Notes: a model not told the origin generated them from the sequence alone. 64,000 nt of DNA from an uncultured virus (IMG/VR IMGVR_UViG_3300021387_003647) (IMGVR_UViG_3300021387_003647); one strand, 5' to 3'; positions 1 to 10,887 are shown, numbered from the stretch's first letter. Made by a program: numbers and translations.

Positions 1-2510
1 CAGGATAGTCTTACTCTACATTAAGTAATGCATTAGATGCAATACCACAAGCAAAACAGAAAGGAGGAATGACTATTCGATATGTACAGACTAATGACAA
101 TAAGTATATGCAGTGGAGGCTGATGGCTGCTTCTTTCAGTACTACCGAGAGTGATTGGCAGAGTGAAAATACTGAAGATATACCTACAACTGGAAGTAAT
201 AGTCCTATATCAAGCGGTGGGGTAAGAAAACTTGTATTAAGAATAAAAGGAATTGGAACATCAGGCTCTTCTGTTGGTGCAACTAATGTAGGTGATTATT
301 TCTTCCATAGTACACAAAATACTCTGAAAATAGTCACATCTACATCGCCTTATGGTACAGAAGCAGTAGAACAAATAGTTGGTGCTATCTATATAACCGA
401 TGATAACTACGTTTATACATGGGATGGCACAAGTCTTAATCCAGTAAAAGACAAGACAGAAAGAGAGAGGGCTTTGACTGCTGAAAAAGAGTTGAATGAT
501 AAGTTAATTAAATTAGTTGGTATGGGTACAAGCGGTGCAGGTGCGGGGGTAACAACTATTGGAGATTGCTTTTATCATACTACTCAAAAACAAATCAAGC
601 GATTAGTAAGTAGCACACCGAGTAATCCAGGTTGGGAGATTGTTCCTTTCATTGCTGGTGCAATATATACTTGTAAAGGGCATCTTTATGTATGGGATAG
701 CACTAAAGAAGAACTGGTCAATGAAGATGTTAATGACCTAAAAAAGCATCTTGCAAGTATTGCCACCCAGTCTTTGAGTGATATAAAATTTACCACGACT
801 CCTTATAACAAGGTATTGATACCGTTTACATTTGTTAATGGTCACGAGTATGTCGTGAGAGTTGTCTATCCAAGCGGAGCTACTGACAAAACCTACTTGC
901 AAGTTGCAAACTCAGAAGGCACTGCGCTTATTAATAATATTGGTACAGGCACTGCTACAAGAGATGTTAATTTTGTATGCAATGTAGATAATGGTGTGAA
1001 TTTAGGAATCATTAACGTCACAGCAGCATCTACAGATACATTTACCGTTATAATCAATGATTTGAATAGTGGTCTTTTTCAGGCATTGTATGTGAAATTG
1101 CAGAATGAGATAGACATCATTAATGCTTTTATGCACGATGCAGAAACTGATATAGAGTTTGATTATTCAAGCACACCTGTTGGTACTCAATATTCGAGAA
1201 TAGAATACCTGTTTAATTTTGTAGAAGGGCATCCATATAGAGTAGAAGTAGTTTGTCCAAGTAATACAAACCGAAGTTATTTCCAAGTTAGAGGTGCTGA
1301 TAGTGCTTTGATTAACTTCCTTAGTATTGGATATGGTAGCAGAACATTCGATTTTATATGTAATGTTTCTGGAGGTGTTTCTTTTGCAATGGTAGTTGCT
1401 GAGGTTCTTGTACAGGAAACTTATCAAGTTAAACTGATTAGCTTAGGAACTGTTGACAGAGTTCTTCCTGCCAAGCAGAACGAGGATTTTATGAATTTCT
1501 CGCAACAGTTTGATATGTTGCCTCTGTATCACAAGAAAGCAATTAATGACTACATGAATGTCTTGGGTCAGAATGTTACAAAAGATATATTTGCTTTCAC
1601 ATTTATCACTGATACTCACATGCGTGATACTTACAATGAGAAAGTTGGAGGAGTTCACGGTCTTATGTGTGTCAATGAAGTTGTTAAGACTGGACTTCTT
1701 GATTTGAATGTACTTGGTGGGGACTACGCTGATACCAAGGAAAGTGGGGCACAGATTCCTTTAACGGATTTCATGTCAAGCATGAACAGTGTCAACAGAT
1801 TAACCACGGGTAACAAGTTTGAGCGTTTGGCATTAAGAGGAAACCATGAACTGAAAGACCTTATATCAAAAGATTTATATTACAAATGGGCAATATCAGG
1901 ATTCCATAATACTGATATTGTATATAATGCAAGTGACCCTTATGGATATTATGGTTATATTGATTATGCGCATTTGAAAATTAGAGTCATTTTCCTTGAT
2001 ACTTCTCTACTGAATTATAGAGGGGGCAGTACAGATGAGCAACTTGATTGGCTAATCAATACAGCATTGGATTTTTCAAGCATTTCAGATTATACTGCTA
2101 TATTCCTTGCACATGAGGCTCTTTATCCTTTCTACTATGCAGAACAGTATGCTTCTAATGATTGGGGAACAAAACCAGCATATAGGCAACTGTTAAGTGC
2201 TTTTCATCGTGGTTCTTCTGTTACTATCAATGGTAATACTATAGACTTTACAAGTCAAGGTGGAATACCAATGGTGTATATCGCAGGTCATGGGCATGTA
2301 GATATGTCTTATATCAATAGTGAGAACGATATGGATTTCCTCACTATTCTGACAAAGGATTCCAGTACTGCAAGAGATGCTGACTTACAAGCTAATATTG
2401 GAACTGTGAAAGAATGTGTATTTGACACATATCTGATTGATGCTTGGAACCAAACCATAGTTACAAAACGATATGGATATGGTGAAGATAGGAGCTTTAC
2501 TTTCGACTAA
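1..2510 (+). CDS. 5'-truncated modular protein: shared N-terminal module, internal repeats and C-terminal calcineurin-like metallophosphoesterase (putative virion/tail-associated enzyme)
   Basis: Frame is open to the window edge if TAG at 6-8 is read through. N-terminus (xSYSTLSNALDAIPQAKQKGGMTIRYV..DNKYMQWRLM) matches the paralogs at 19324 and 21446. Motifs DTH, GGD, GNHE, AHE, GHGH. Confidence 0.75.
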
Positions 2511-2578
2511 ATATAAAGTATATATTTAATTGCAGGAATTACAGTTATTAACATACTTATTGTAAAAACTATATACAT

Positions 2579-2608
2579 AAAAAGAGCAGAAACATTCTGC
2601 TCTTTTTA
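2579..2608 (+). terminator. intrinsic terminator-like hairpin
   Basis: AAAAGAGCAGAA-AC-ATTCTGCTCTTTTT. Confidence 0.6.
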
Positions 2609-2612
2609 TTTT

Positions 2613-2620
2613 GATAAATA
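2613..2620 (+). promoter_or_regulatory. putative phage late promoter GATAAATA
   Basis: Recurs just upstream of many genes in this window; resembles the T4 late promoter TATAAATA. Confidence 0.6.
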
Positions 2621-2643
2621 AGGAAATTATCAGATTTAATAAG

Positions 2644-3480
2644 ATGAGATTTCCAAAGAAACTATCGAAAGAGAGACTGTCTGTCCTGAGTGCTGAAGAC
2701 AGAAAGATATATGAGCAGGAGCACAGTGAGAAGAAGCCAGAGAATCCTATTCTCAGCAACGAGTGGAGTTGTGACAACTCCGGTAGTGTTGATGAGAATG
2801 CTATATTCAGTGATATTGATGCTGAGTATGAGAAGATTCTGGAGAATGCATATGTTGACGACGGACTGAAAAGTATCTACAGTCAGTGTGTCAGCGATGT
2901 GCTCGGTGAAGATGAGTTTATGCAGGCTGCTTATATGTTTGAGCAGGAGATTGATGCGATGCTTGCTGACGAGAAAGCAGCGAACAGGAAGTTGTACGAA
3001 GCCGAGGGTCTTGACTCGGGTGCGTGGGTGCGCGGACTGAATCTTGGATGGCTCGGTAAGTTGGCTGCTATCGGACTGACTGGTCTGGCTACCGGTCTGG
3101 CTGCACTAATTACGGCCGGACGTGACAAACTGGCTATTGCTCGACTCAAACGGTATATGAACCGCTTGGTAGAGTTGATAGACCAAGGGCGGTTGAAGAG
3201 ACAGAGTTTCTTCTCATCACTGCTTCCGACTAAGTGGAAACGTTGGCGCGGAGAACAGAATATTGCCTGTTTCCGGAGCATCCAGGAGATGGCTGACCGT
3301 AATATGACGCTCGGCACACTCTCAGCTGCTCATAAACTCGGTTTCCTGGCACCCGGCGGAATGCAGTCGCTTGCTTCCGGAGCCAGTCCACAGCCCGGCA
3401 GTGGTCTTGATGCATTCAAAGAGAATGTTCTCTCGCAACTGAACATCATTGTCCCGGAAGCGAAAGATCCGAAATCATAA
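2644..3480 (+). CDS. hypothetical protein with hydrophobic segment (possible virion protein)
   Basis: Long ORF after GATAAATA; LGWLGKLAAIGLTGLATGLAALITAG segment. Confidence 0.65.
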   Translation: MRFPKKLSKERLSVLSAEDRKIYEQEHSEKKPENPILSNEWSCDNSGSVDENAIFSDIDAEYEKILENAYVDDGLKSIYSQCVSDVLGEDEFMQAAYMFEQEIDAMLADEKAANRKLYEAEGLDSGAWVRGLNLGWLGKLAAIGLTGLATGLAALITAGRDKLAIARLKRYMNRLVELIDQGRLKRQSFFSSLLPTKWKRWRGEQNIACFRSIQEMADRNMTLGTLSAAHKLGFLAPGGMQSLASGASPQPGSGLDAFKENVLSQLNIIVPEAKDPKS

Positions 3481-3523
3481 ACAATTCAAGCAGACATTCA
3501 GAAATGAGTGTCTGCTTATTATG

Positions 3524-3670
3524 TTAGGGGATAAGATGAGCATTCTTACCCCAATAAAATCCCAATGACTTTGTCAGAAAATTAATATAAAACCATTTGT
3601 ACTTCTTATTGTACTCAACTCCAACATACCACCAACTATTCGGTGTATTGTAAAATCTTATCTTCATCAT
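3524..3670 (-). CDS. small hypothetical protein (48 aa)
   Basis: Manually read ATG..TAA ORF (MMKIRFYNTPNSWWYVGVEY...) continuing the minus-strand gene run. Confidence 0.4.
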   Translation of the reverse strand: MMKIRFYNTPNSWWYVGVEYNKKYKWFYINFLTKSLGFYWGKNAHLIP

Positions 3671-3689
3671 TTCTTTCGTTTAATTTATT

Positions 3690-4034
3690 TTATGCCGGTT
3701 CAATCCTGGACCAAGCAACGACTTGTCGTTTTTCTCTAAGACTCTCGAAGTCGAACTTCGGGTCATATCCGTATTTCAGTTTATCTGCTTCGTTCAGTGC
3801 ATCAAACTCCTGAGCAGTCTTGTGAGTCTCTTCGCAGAACTTATCCCGTGCCGCAGTGTATGTTGCATACAGCATTTCCCGCGGAGTAATATGAGAAATA
3901 CCCACTGCCCGCTGAATATTGTTCAGAGACAACTCCATACCTTTGTCAACAGCAACTACAACATGCTCGAACTGATGACCGTTCTCGTACATATGTAGCA
4001 AACAAACATCTAATTTTACTTTCTCTGCCATCAT
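3690..4034 (-). CDS. hypothetical protein
   Basis: ORF track; tightly packed with neighbour. Confidence 0.6.
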   Translation of the reverse strand: MMAEKVKLDVCLLHMYENGHQFEHVVVAVDKGMELSLNNIQRAVGISHITPREMLYATYTAARDKFCEETHKTAQEFDALNEADKLKYGYDPKFDFESLREKRQVVAWSRIEPA

Positions 4035-4037
4035 TTA

Positions 4038-4943
4038 TTATATTATAAGTTTTAAACCAGTATCTCCGATGGGTCTCTCGTGCAAATGTTTCCACGGATT
4101 TTGTGATTCTGCGTATTTTCTCGCAATATCATATTCTTGCTTCCATCTGTATCCATCTTTCGTATCGATGTTAAGTCGTTCGTATTCAAATGTTCCGGTA
4201 ATCGTATGATAATCCGGGTCTATTAACTGTGGAATTAATGCATGTACTTCTGAAACTTTTTCTACAGTATTGTTTTCATCCACAATATAATATACATCGA
4301 ATGAATCATTCAAATCATAAACAATTTTCTTCTCTGTTGCAGTATGTATAGCATCAAAATTCAATACATCTTTTACTTGTTCGATATTATCGTTAAAGAT
4401 AATTCGAAACTGACGGTCTGGTCCAATCCAACTTTTAGCAATAAAATGCAAATCGACATCCAATGCAAAGAATGACTTTTCCGATTTGTTATTCTTGACA
4501 ATATATTTTGGTTTAATTTTCTTAATACTTTCTTCTTCAATAACTTCTTGTTCTGACTTCTCAATATTTTGTTGAACAACTTTCTCTTCACCCATCAGTT
4601 CGCCGATGCGTTCCTTGAGCCGTTGTAGCACAACTTCTTTCGGCAGAAACTCGAATTCAGCATCTTCCAGCCAGCAGTCACTGTTCGCTTTCTCTGACCA
4701 GAATGCAGACGTTCCGATACTCATATCCCAGAACGGACGTTTCTCATCAAACCACGGAGTACGCTCGATATGACACACAGTGCCGTTGATGCACCACCCG
4801 ATGTCGTTCGAACACCACTCGACTTTCTTAATGTTCGTGATGAATATCGACTCGTGTCCGACTGCACCGTCATTGTTCGTATAGTCCTGCTCTACAATGC
4901 AAGACTGTCCGATGTACTTTTTCGATAGTTCTTTAATCTTCAT
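4038..4943 (-). CDS. hypothetical protein
   Basis: 301-aa ORF preceded by AACTTT-N13-AGTATAAT motif. Confidence 0.65.
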   Translation of the reverse strand: MKIKELSKKYIGQSCIVEQDYTNNDGAVGHESIFITNIKKVEWCSNDIGWCINGTVCHIERTPWFDEKRPFWDMSIGTSAFWSEKANSDCWLEDAEFEFLPKEVVLQRLKERIGELMGEEKVVQQNIEKSEQEVIEEESIKKIKPKYIVKNNKSEKSFFALDVDLHFIAKSWIGPDRQFRIIFNDNIEQVKDVLNFDAIHTATEKKIVYDLNDSFDVYYIVDENNTVEKVSEVHALIPQLIDPDYHTITGTFEYERLNIDTKDGYRWKQEYDIARKYAESQNPWKHLHERPIGDTGLKLII

Positions 4944-4971
4944 AAACTTTCTTTTTTAATGATTTCTACTA

Positions 4972-4998
4972 ATTATACTACAGAAAGTTCATAAAGTT
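4972..4998 (-). promoter_or_regulatory. putative phage promoter AACTTT-N13-AGTATAAT
   Basis: Same motif and spacing at 9479, 40078, 40861, 47297 and 61547. Confidence 0.6.
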
Positions 4999-5063
4999 AA
5001 CGTTCGGATTATCCAAATACCTAAATAATCCTAACGAGTCATTGTCGGTACGAAAATTATTTG

Positions 5064-5071
5064 TACCTTTG
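5064..5071 (+). promoter_or_regulatory. Bacteroidota-type -7 promoter element TAnnTTTG
   Basis: TACCTTTG in intergenic DNA upstream of 5169. Confidence 0.55.
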
Positions 5072-5168
5072 CTCACGAAATAAGCGAGAACAGGCTGCGC
5101 TCGGCAATTCGAACAAGTTCGATTGCACTCGTTGGCACTGTCCTTATGCCATAAATACATTATATTAT

Positions 5169-5516
5169 ATGAAAGAAAGACAAGACATAGGACTGAAAGT
5201 CCAGGATGTGAAACCTGGCAAGCGGGTATTCTATTATCCGTGGGTTAGTGAGCAGGAGAATCCCAAGGGAGAGCCGGCAATGATTACCGGCGAAGCATGT
5301 GAAGTCTGCGGAACGTTATGTTGTCGGATAGACATTCGCTCTGGAGTAGTTGCATTGCGTAATCTGTCAGAAGAGAATGTTCCGGAGAAACGACTCCCGG
5401 CCAGGAAACGTAAGGCAAAGTCCCGTTATCAGCGATTCCTGGAACTGGACGGTTGCTGGACCGATGACTTCAGAGAGTATATCCGTAACGGGTGGTATAA
5501 AGATGTAGAAGACTAA
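5169..5516 (+). CDS. hypothetical protein
   Basis: ATG start (MKERQDIG) within ORF 5061..5516. Confidence 0.55.
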   Translation: MKERQDIGLKVQDVKPGKRVFYYPWVSEQENPKGEPAMITGEACEVCGTLCCRIDIRSGVVALRNLSEENVPEKRLPARKRKAKSRYQRFLELDGCWTDDFREYIRNGWYKDVED

Positions 5517-5568
5517 AAATCAAAGCATATGAAAAGAGACTCACAATCGGGAGTCTCTCTGTCATCAT

Positions 5569-6708
5569 TTATTTCTTCTTGTTATGATAGTCGCGGATGT
5601 CTTCCAGTGCAGCAGTTTCGTCAACATTCAGTGACTTCGGCAATTGATAATTTATCTCGATGATGTAGTTGCCGGTAGTCTCGCGGCCCCAGTTGTCCTG
5701 GACAGTCAAGCCCTTGTAGCGCAGCGACAGCCGCTTGCCGGGAGGTGTCAGTTTCGAGATGTTCACCGCCATCTCCTGACCGCTGGGCAGTTTCAATTGA
5801 TACTTCGTACCCAACAGACAGTCTTCGTAGGGAATGTAAATCTTCTCGATGACATCGGCACCGCGCACTTCATAGCGACTAGTATCGAAGTCGTACTGCG
5901 CAATGACAATCAGTTTGCCGCTGGGGTCTCCGGCTTTCTTCGCCTCACAGCCCTCTGCTTCGTAGATGATGTACTGTCCGTCCTGTACTCCCTGTGGGAA
6001 CATCACCGTCTTCTCGAACTCCTTGGTGACAAATCCCGTACCGTGACAGTGGTTACACGTCTTCTCGACGATATATCCCTCACCGTGACAACGGGAACAT
6101 ACGTGACTCTGCTGCATAATGCCGAACGCTGTGCGCTGCACAGTCGTCTCCTAGCCAGTACCGTGACATACGGGACACTGTTTCCGCCCGCTACCGCCGT
6201 CACCGTGACACTCCGGACAGCGCACTTCCTTCTTATACTTAATCTTACGGGGGACGGGATTGAACAGTTCCTCGATACCCACCTTCAGGCGTATCTGCAA
6301 GTCTTTGCCCGGAATAACTGTGCGTGTCTGACGGCCGCGTCCGCTTCCAAACCCGCCGAAGCCTCCAAACCCGCCGAACATACTGGCAATGTCGTCGAAC
6401 GGACTTCCTGCACCGAACCCGTCGAAGCCGCCGCCGTGCTCAGCACCGTCGATGGTTCCGGTCAGGTCATAACGCTCACGCTTCTCCGGGTCACTCAATA
6501 TAGAGTATGCCAGGTTTGCTTCCTGAAACTTCTTGCTGGCTTCCTTTTGTTCTGCTTCCGGCTTGTCTGAATTACGGTCCGGATGATATTTCAGCGACAA
6601 CTTGCGGAAAGCCTTCTTAATCTCTTCGGGAGTGGCATCTTTCTTCACTCCCAGAATGTCATATAAATTTTTCTCTTCCATTTTTCTGTTAAAGTCTTTT
6701 TTATCCAT
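5569..6708 (-). CDS. dnaJ: DnaJ/Hsp40 chaperone (joined through in-frame TAG at 6151-6153)
   Basis: J domain with HPD, G/F-rich linker, four CxxCxGxG repeats spanning the TAG, C-terminal domain. Confidence 0.92.
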
Positions 6709-6800
6709 TGTATTTTACTGCAAAAATCGTACCGAGTCTAAAATATGGAAATCCCAGCACTATTTGCCAGTTATTTATTATCTATTAAACACGCGGCCAC

Positions 6801-6838
6801 AAAAACCCGGCTCGTGATAATCAGCGAGCCGGGAAAAA
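6801..6838 (-). terminator. terminator hairpin (near-identical copy at 49209-49246)
   Basis: CCCGGCTCG..CGAGCCGGG stem with A/T tracts on both sides. Confidence 0.7.
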
Positions 6839-6861
6839 TAACACAATTATTATGATAGTTT

Positions 6862-7401
6862 TTATCCGTTGCCGGAGGGAATGTCATCACCACCTCCAGA
6901 ATTTGAACCGGTTGATGTGTCGATTGTGCCAGTAGATGAATCTGTTGTCTGTGACTGAGTCTGGTCATCAATGAAGTTCGGAGTTTCTTCATCATCACTT
7001 CCATCAGTAGAAGAATCTTTGCTGTGGTCCCAATACAGAATCATCGAATTGATTGCTTTCTGTAACTCTTCAGACGGTTTATACGTAATCTTACGGTGCA
7101 TATCTGCCAAATGCAAGTCATCTGGATTCTCAGCCCATTTACTTTCAATGCTTGGAACAAACTTTCCAAGAGGACCAAGATCAACGGTATAACCGTCTGA
7201 TAAGAACTCAACTGCTCCGTCTAGCAAGAACTCAATACCGACTCTTGCTTCTTTGTAGTCAATAGAAGAACCACGAGAACTATACTTTAAAATATCCTCG
7301 TAAGTCTTCACTCCGTTCGGAACTGCTTTTCCGAACCATCCAGTCTTTTTCAAGCCGTTGATAATTCTCACAAACGGCTGTTTTAAAATCTTAATTTTCA
7401 T
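6862..7401 (-). CDS. Bacteroidota-type HU-related DNA-binding protein
   Basis: FLSDGYTVDLGPLGKFVPSI...ITYKPSEEL pattern; acidic/Gly tail; paralog of 48629..49177. Confidence 0.7.
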   Translation of the reverse strand: MKIKILKQPFVRIINGLKKTGWFGKAVPNGVKTYEDILKYSSRGSSIDYKEARVGIEFLLDGAVEFLSDGYTVDLGPLGKFVPSIESKWAENPDDLHLADMHRKITYKPSEELQKAINSMILYWDHSKDSSTDGSDDEETPNFIDDQTQSQTTDSSTGTIDTSTGSNSGGGDDIPSGNG

Positions 7402-7468
7402 GATTAAAAAAAACACTATTTTATTTTTACGTTTTATTTATCTGTATTAAAATGTGCCAAAACAGAAA

Positions 7469-7522
7469 TCTATAGATTTTAACTCTAAACTCTATAGATT
7501 TTAGCCCAGGATTCTATAGATT
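7469..7522. repeat. 3x TCTATAGATT at 22-bp period
   Basis: Copies start at 7469, 7491 and 7513. Confidence 0.85.
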
Positions 7523-7627
7523 CTTGTTTTGAACCTATTTTTGGAGAGTCAAAACAGTCGATGAAAAATGAAAAAATTTTTCTGTGATAAATAATACAAA
7601 CTCAAAATTAATTATAAATTTTAAGCA

Positions 7628-8482
7628 ATGACAGAAAACAATAAGAAGGCTCTTTATGAGAGCATCATGCAGAAAGTTTCTCAGCAGGTAGTTGAGATGA
7701 TGAATGAGAGTAACCAACTAAACGAAGCATATAAATCTTCTGTTGTTAAAAAATTCACAGAAATAACAGACTTAGCTGTTGAAAAGTACCCGGATATGAT
7801 GATGTGCTATGCAGATTATTACCCAAAAATGAATGAATTTCATATGGTATCACCAGCATTTGGCAAAAAGAATATGAGAGATGTTCTTCGGGCTGCTACA
7901 GAAAAAGAATGGAACACTCGTTGGAAGAAATTATTTAGCGGTCAGAATGATTTGGTTCTTTCTGAATTAACAGATGATGATTTAATAGATGGCGGAAAGA
8001 TATATAAAAAGAATCAATTTATCAAAGAATATAAAGACAAAGATATTCATTCTATTCCTTGTCTCGTAATAGGATATTCTAGTCGGAAATATAGTTATGA
8101 ACTTATTATTGCAAGTTATGTACTTCCGCTTAAAGAATCTGCTATACAAAAAGCAAGAGAGATGAGTAATAAGAAACGAGAACGTTTTGGTAATAATAAT
8201 CCAAGAAAAGAAAATGAATATACTGTTGAATACAAAAAAGAATTGGAAGATATAAAATCCAGAAAAGCAAGATTACTCTCTCAACACATTTTTGCTGAAG
8301 ATGAAGAACTACAAAAAGAAATAGTATCAGAAATAAACACTTTTTGTAGAAATATTGTAAAAATATTAAATTCAAAGAAATTATATAAAGACAGTTATCA
8401 AAGATTTGCGATATTTCGTTATATATACGATGCTATGGTACATTACGTTCATAACGTATTTGAAAGAGAACTGTTTAGATGA
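7628..8482 (+). CDS. hypothetical protein (late promoter; KKALYESIM leader)
   Basis: 284-aa ORF; GATAAATA at 7586-7593. Confidence 0.65.
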   Translation: MTENNKKALYESIMQKVSQQVVEMMNESNQLNEAYKSSVVKKFTEITDLAVEKYPDMMMCYADYYPKMNEFHMVSPAFGKKNMRDVLRAATEKEWNTRWKKLFSGQNDLVLSELTDDDLIDGGKIYKKNQFIKEYKDKDIHSIPCLVIGYSSRKYSYELIIASYVLPLKESAIQKAREMSNKKRERFGNNNPRKENEYTVEYKKELEDIKSRKARLLSQHIFAEDEELQKEIVSEINTFCRNIVKILNSKKLYKDSYQRFAIFRYIYDAMVHYVHNVFERELFR

Positions 8483-8488
8483 TATAAG

Positions 8489-8520
8489 AAAGAGCACTCT
8501 CAGCCGAGTGCTCTTTTTTT
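8489..8520. terminator. bidirectional terminator between convergent genes
   Basis: AAAGAGCACTC..GAGTGCTCTTTTTTT. Confidence 0.7.
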
Positions 8521-9089
8521 TATTGAAAACAATCTGCGTATTTCTTTTGTAGTTCTGGTGAGAAGTATTTCCTGAATTCCGGAAGTATCTTCATCTTGTC
8601 TGCATTCTCCCGGATAATTGTCAAGAACTTCTCTTCTTCCGGAACATTCTTATAACTCGTTGAACCGTTACGAACAATATCTGCTTCTTTATTGAAGATA
8701 CGAATCATTGCTTCGATACAGTCACGAGACGATGCAACATAGTCTGGCTTTGAGACATTCGGTTTACTCCGAAGAATTAACATCAGAGAAGTCTTGAACT
8801 TCTCGTATTTCTTCTGATTAATCTCTTTCGATGTTTTCCTTCCGTTTTCATTCTTTATTAATCTGATAAACGGGTCACCGTAGCATAACAAATGCTGAAA
8901 GTTTATTTCAATCGTCCAATGGTCTGTTCTTTTTGTCTTATTATAGATATGAAAGTGCGGAGGACGGACATAGTCAACATCACCGTTCAATGCCATATAA
9001 AACTTACCATTGTTGATGGTTTTCAACTTCTTATCTTCTATGTCAGCAATTCCGACATAGAAACTTGACATTTCAAATAACTGCTTCAT
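8520..9089 (-). CDS. PPHFH-motif protein (DUF4160-like)
   Basis: DYVRPPHFHIY motif; paralog of 46675..47244; ATGA overlap with upstream gene. Confidence 0.55.
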   Translation of the reverse strand: MKQLFEMSSFYVGIADIEDKKLKTINNGKFYMALNGDVDYVRPPHFHIYNKTKRTDHWTIEINFQHLLCYGDPFIRLIKNENGRKTSKEINQKKYEKFKTSLMLILRSKPNVSKPDYVASSRDCIEAMIRIFNKEADIVRNGSTSYKNVPEEEKFLTIIRENADKMKILPEFRKYFSPELQKKYADCFQ

Positions 9090-9448
9090 GACCAAAATAC
9101 AAATAACCAATCTATTTCTTCATCCGGTGTAAACGGGTGCTTGATGTCGTCTGTCTCCATAAACTTAGACAGTTCTCTCTTAGCGGCGACCAAGTCATTA
9201 AACTGATAACTCTTTCCACCAATGCACGACTGCTCTATGTACATCAATCCGTACTTATCAGCAATCTGTTGAGCAATACGCTCGTTCTGCTCTTCTTCAT
9301 CAGTCAAATGTTCAGTAGGTTCAAGAAGTCTCGACCGGTTCTGTTTCACCGGCTTGTACTTCATCATATCTCTTGCTTCGTCAAGAGATTCATCCAGATG
9401 GTATTCATCTTTGAATGTGTCTATCAGACACGGAGTTTTTATATTCAT
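9086..9448 (-). CDS. hypothetical protein (paralog of 46301..46678)
   Basis: Highly similar second copy in the window. Confidence 0.7.
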   Translation of the reverse strand: MNIKTPCLIDTFKDEYHLDESLDEARDMMKYKPVKQNRSRLLEPTEHLTDEEEQNERIAQQIADKYGLMYIEQSCIGGKSYQFNDLVAAKRELSKFMETDDIKHPFTPDEEIDWLFVFWS

Positions 9449-9621
9449 TATATTATTACTGAATTAGTTTTCCTATTTATTATACTAATAATGTATACGA
9501 AAGTTTATGTTCGGAGAATTATTTTCTTAAATAATCCTAACAAAGTATTGTCGGTTAGAAAAAATTTCGTATCTTTGCACCGTAATAAATAACAAAGTTA
9601 TAAATTTTAAAAATTAGAGAA

Positions 9622-10887
9622 ATGAATCCTTTAAAACCTACAGAAGAAAGAATTAACATTCTGGCAAACTTGATTGCGTTGTCAGCAGTGATGGATGAAG
9701 AGGCTATCGGCGATAGATTTGACTTCAAGGGAAAGAACGATGAATTTCTTGGAAAACCGTTCACAGAATGGTTGAAGAAGAATTATCCCGATGTATTTGC
9801 AAAAGCAGACAGAAAGTTCGAAATTAACAATGATGAGTATTTCGACAGAATCACTTATTGTTTCTGGATTCAGAATTGGGACGGAAACGAACGTGACTTG
9901 CTTGATAAGTATTGTGAATTCGTATTGATTGACGGAGACCGCTTGGAAGCAACTCTCAATGAATGTGAGAAAAATTTCGAAGATTGGGTAGAAAGTATGA
10001 AAGAAGACGAGGATGACTACGATGAAGAAGATTTCGATGAAACTTGTACTTTTGACGGTCGTATTCGTTCTTCTGACTTGATTTGGGATTCTGAAGAAGA
10101 AGTCCGTAGAGATTTGAACAAGCTGAAGAAAGAAGCCGGTTCTACTACCAATCTGAAAGCAACTCGTGCTGCAAATGCCAAGAAGATTCAGACCATCAAC
10201 TCGTGGGTTCCCGAAGTACAGCCCGGTCGCAAGGCAAAGGTGATGCCGAAAATGGCTTTTATTGATATGCTGATTGATGATGTGTATCAGTATCTGTGTC
10301 CCGAAGAGCAGCAATGGGTTGAAATATACCAAGACGGCGGAAGACCTGGTCCTGTGATGAAGAAAGTCAGCGACAATATGTACGAGCAATATCCGCAGCC
10401 TAAGTTCTACGAGGCTTTCATTGCCGGACTGAACGACAAGAAGAACAAACGTTTCGCACTGATTCGCAAGGATGTTTCCAAACTGGCTGACCCGATTACC
10501 AGTTTCAGCGAAGCTTACCATCTGAAGAAAGGTCTCGGCACTGTGCACAACGGCTCTATCTGGTTTGTCGGCATCGGACTCTGGACCGACATCAATATGG
10601 ACGGTGAAGCAGGACGCGGTTCTGCAACGGCATTCGCTTACTACGACGGCAAGGACTGGCGTGCCTTCGTGCCCACTCGCGGCAATACCATCAATGCAAA
10701 GACGAAGCATATCATTCTGTACAGCCGTCACTCAAACAAGTACAGCAGCATAGAAGGCATCGTCCGTCCGGAAGACTACGAGTATCTGACGGCTCACAAC
10801 TACAATCTCGATATGATTGGTGAGATAAACGATCCGGATACTGACCTGATGCTTGCTTCGCTGGAAGTCCGACTAGTAGATGCATAA
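9622..10887 (+). CDS. hypothetical protein
   Basis: 421-aa ORF preceded by TATCTTTG (9570-9577) and followed by a terminator hairpin. Confidence 0.7.
   Translation: MNPLKPTEERINILANLIALSAVMDEEAIGDRFDFKGKNDEFLGKPFTEWLKKNYPDVFAKADRKFEINNDEYFDRITYCFWIQNWDGNERDLLDKYCEFVLIDGDRLEATLNECEKNFEDWVESMKEDEDDYDEEDFDETCTFDGRIRSSDLIWDSEEEVRRDLNKLKKEAGSTTNLKATRAANAKKIQTINSWVPEVQPGRKAKVMPKMAFIDMLIDDVYQYLCPEEQQWVEIYQDGGRPGPVMKKVSDNMYEQYPQPKFYEAFIAGLNDKKNKRFALIRKDVSKLADPITSFSEAYHLKKGLGTVHNGSIWFVGIGLWTDINMDGEAGRGSATAFAYYDGKDWRAFVPTRGNTINAKTKHIILYSRHSNKYSSIEGIVRPEDYEYLTAHNYNLDMIGEINDPDTDLMLASLEVRLVDA

Noticed and set aside
5569..6708. dnaJ and other split genes as pseudogenes
   Set aside because: The breaks are in-frame TAGs with intact sequence on both sides (the frameshift in the second tnpB is the one exception); recoding is the simpler explanation.
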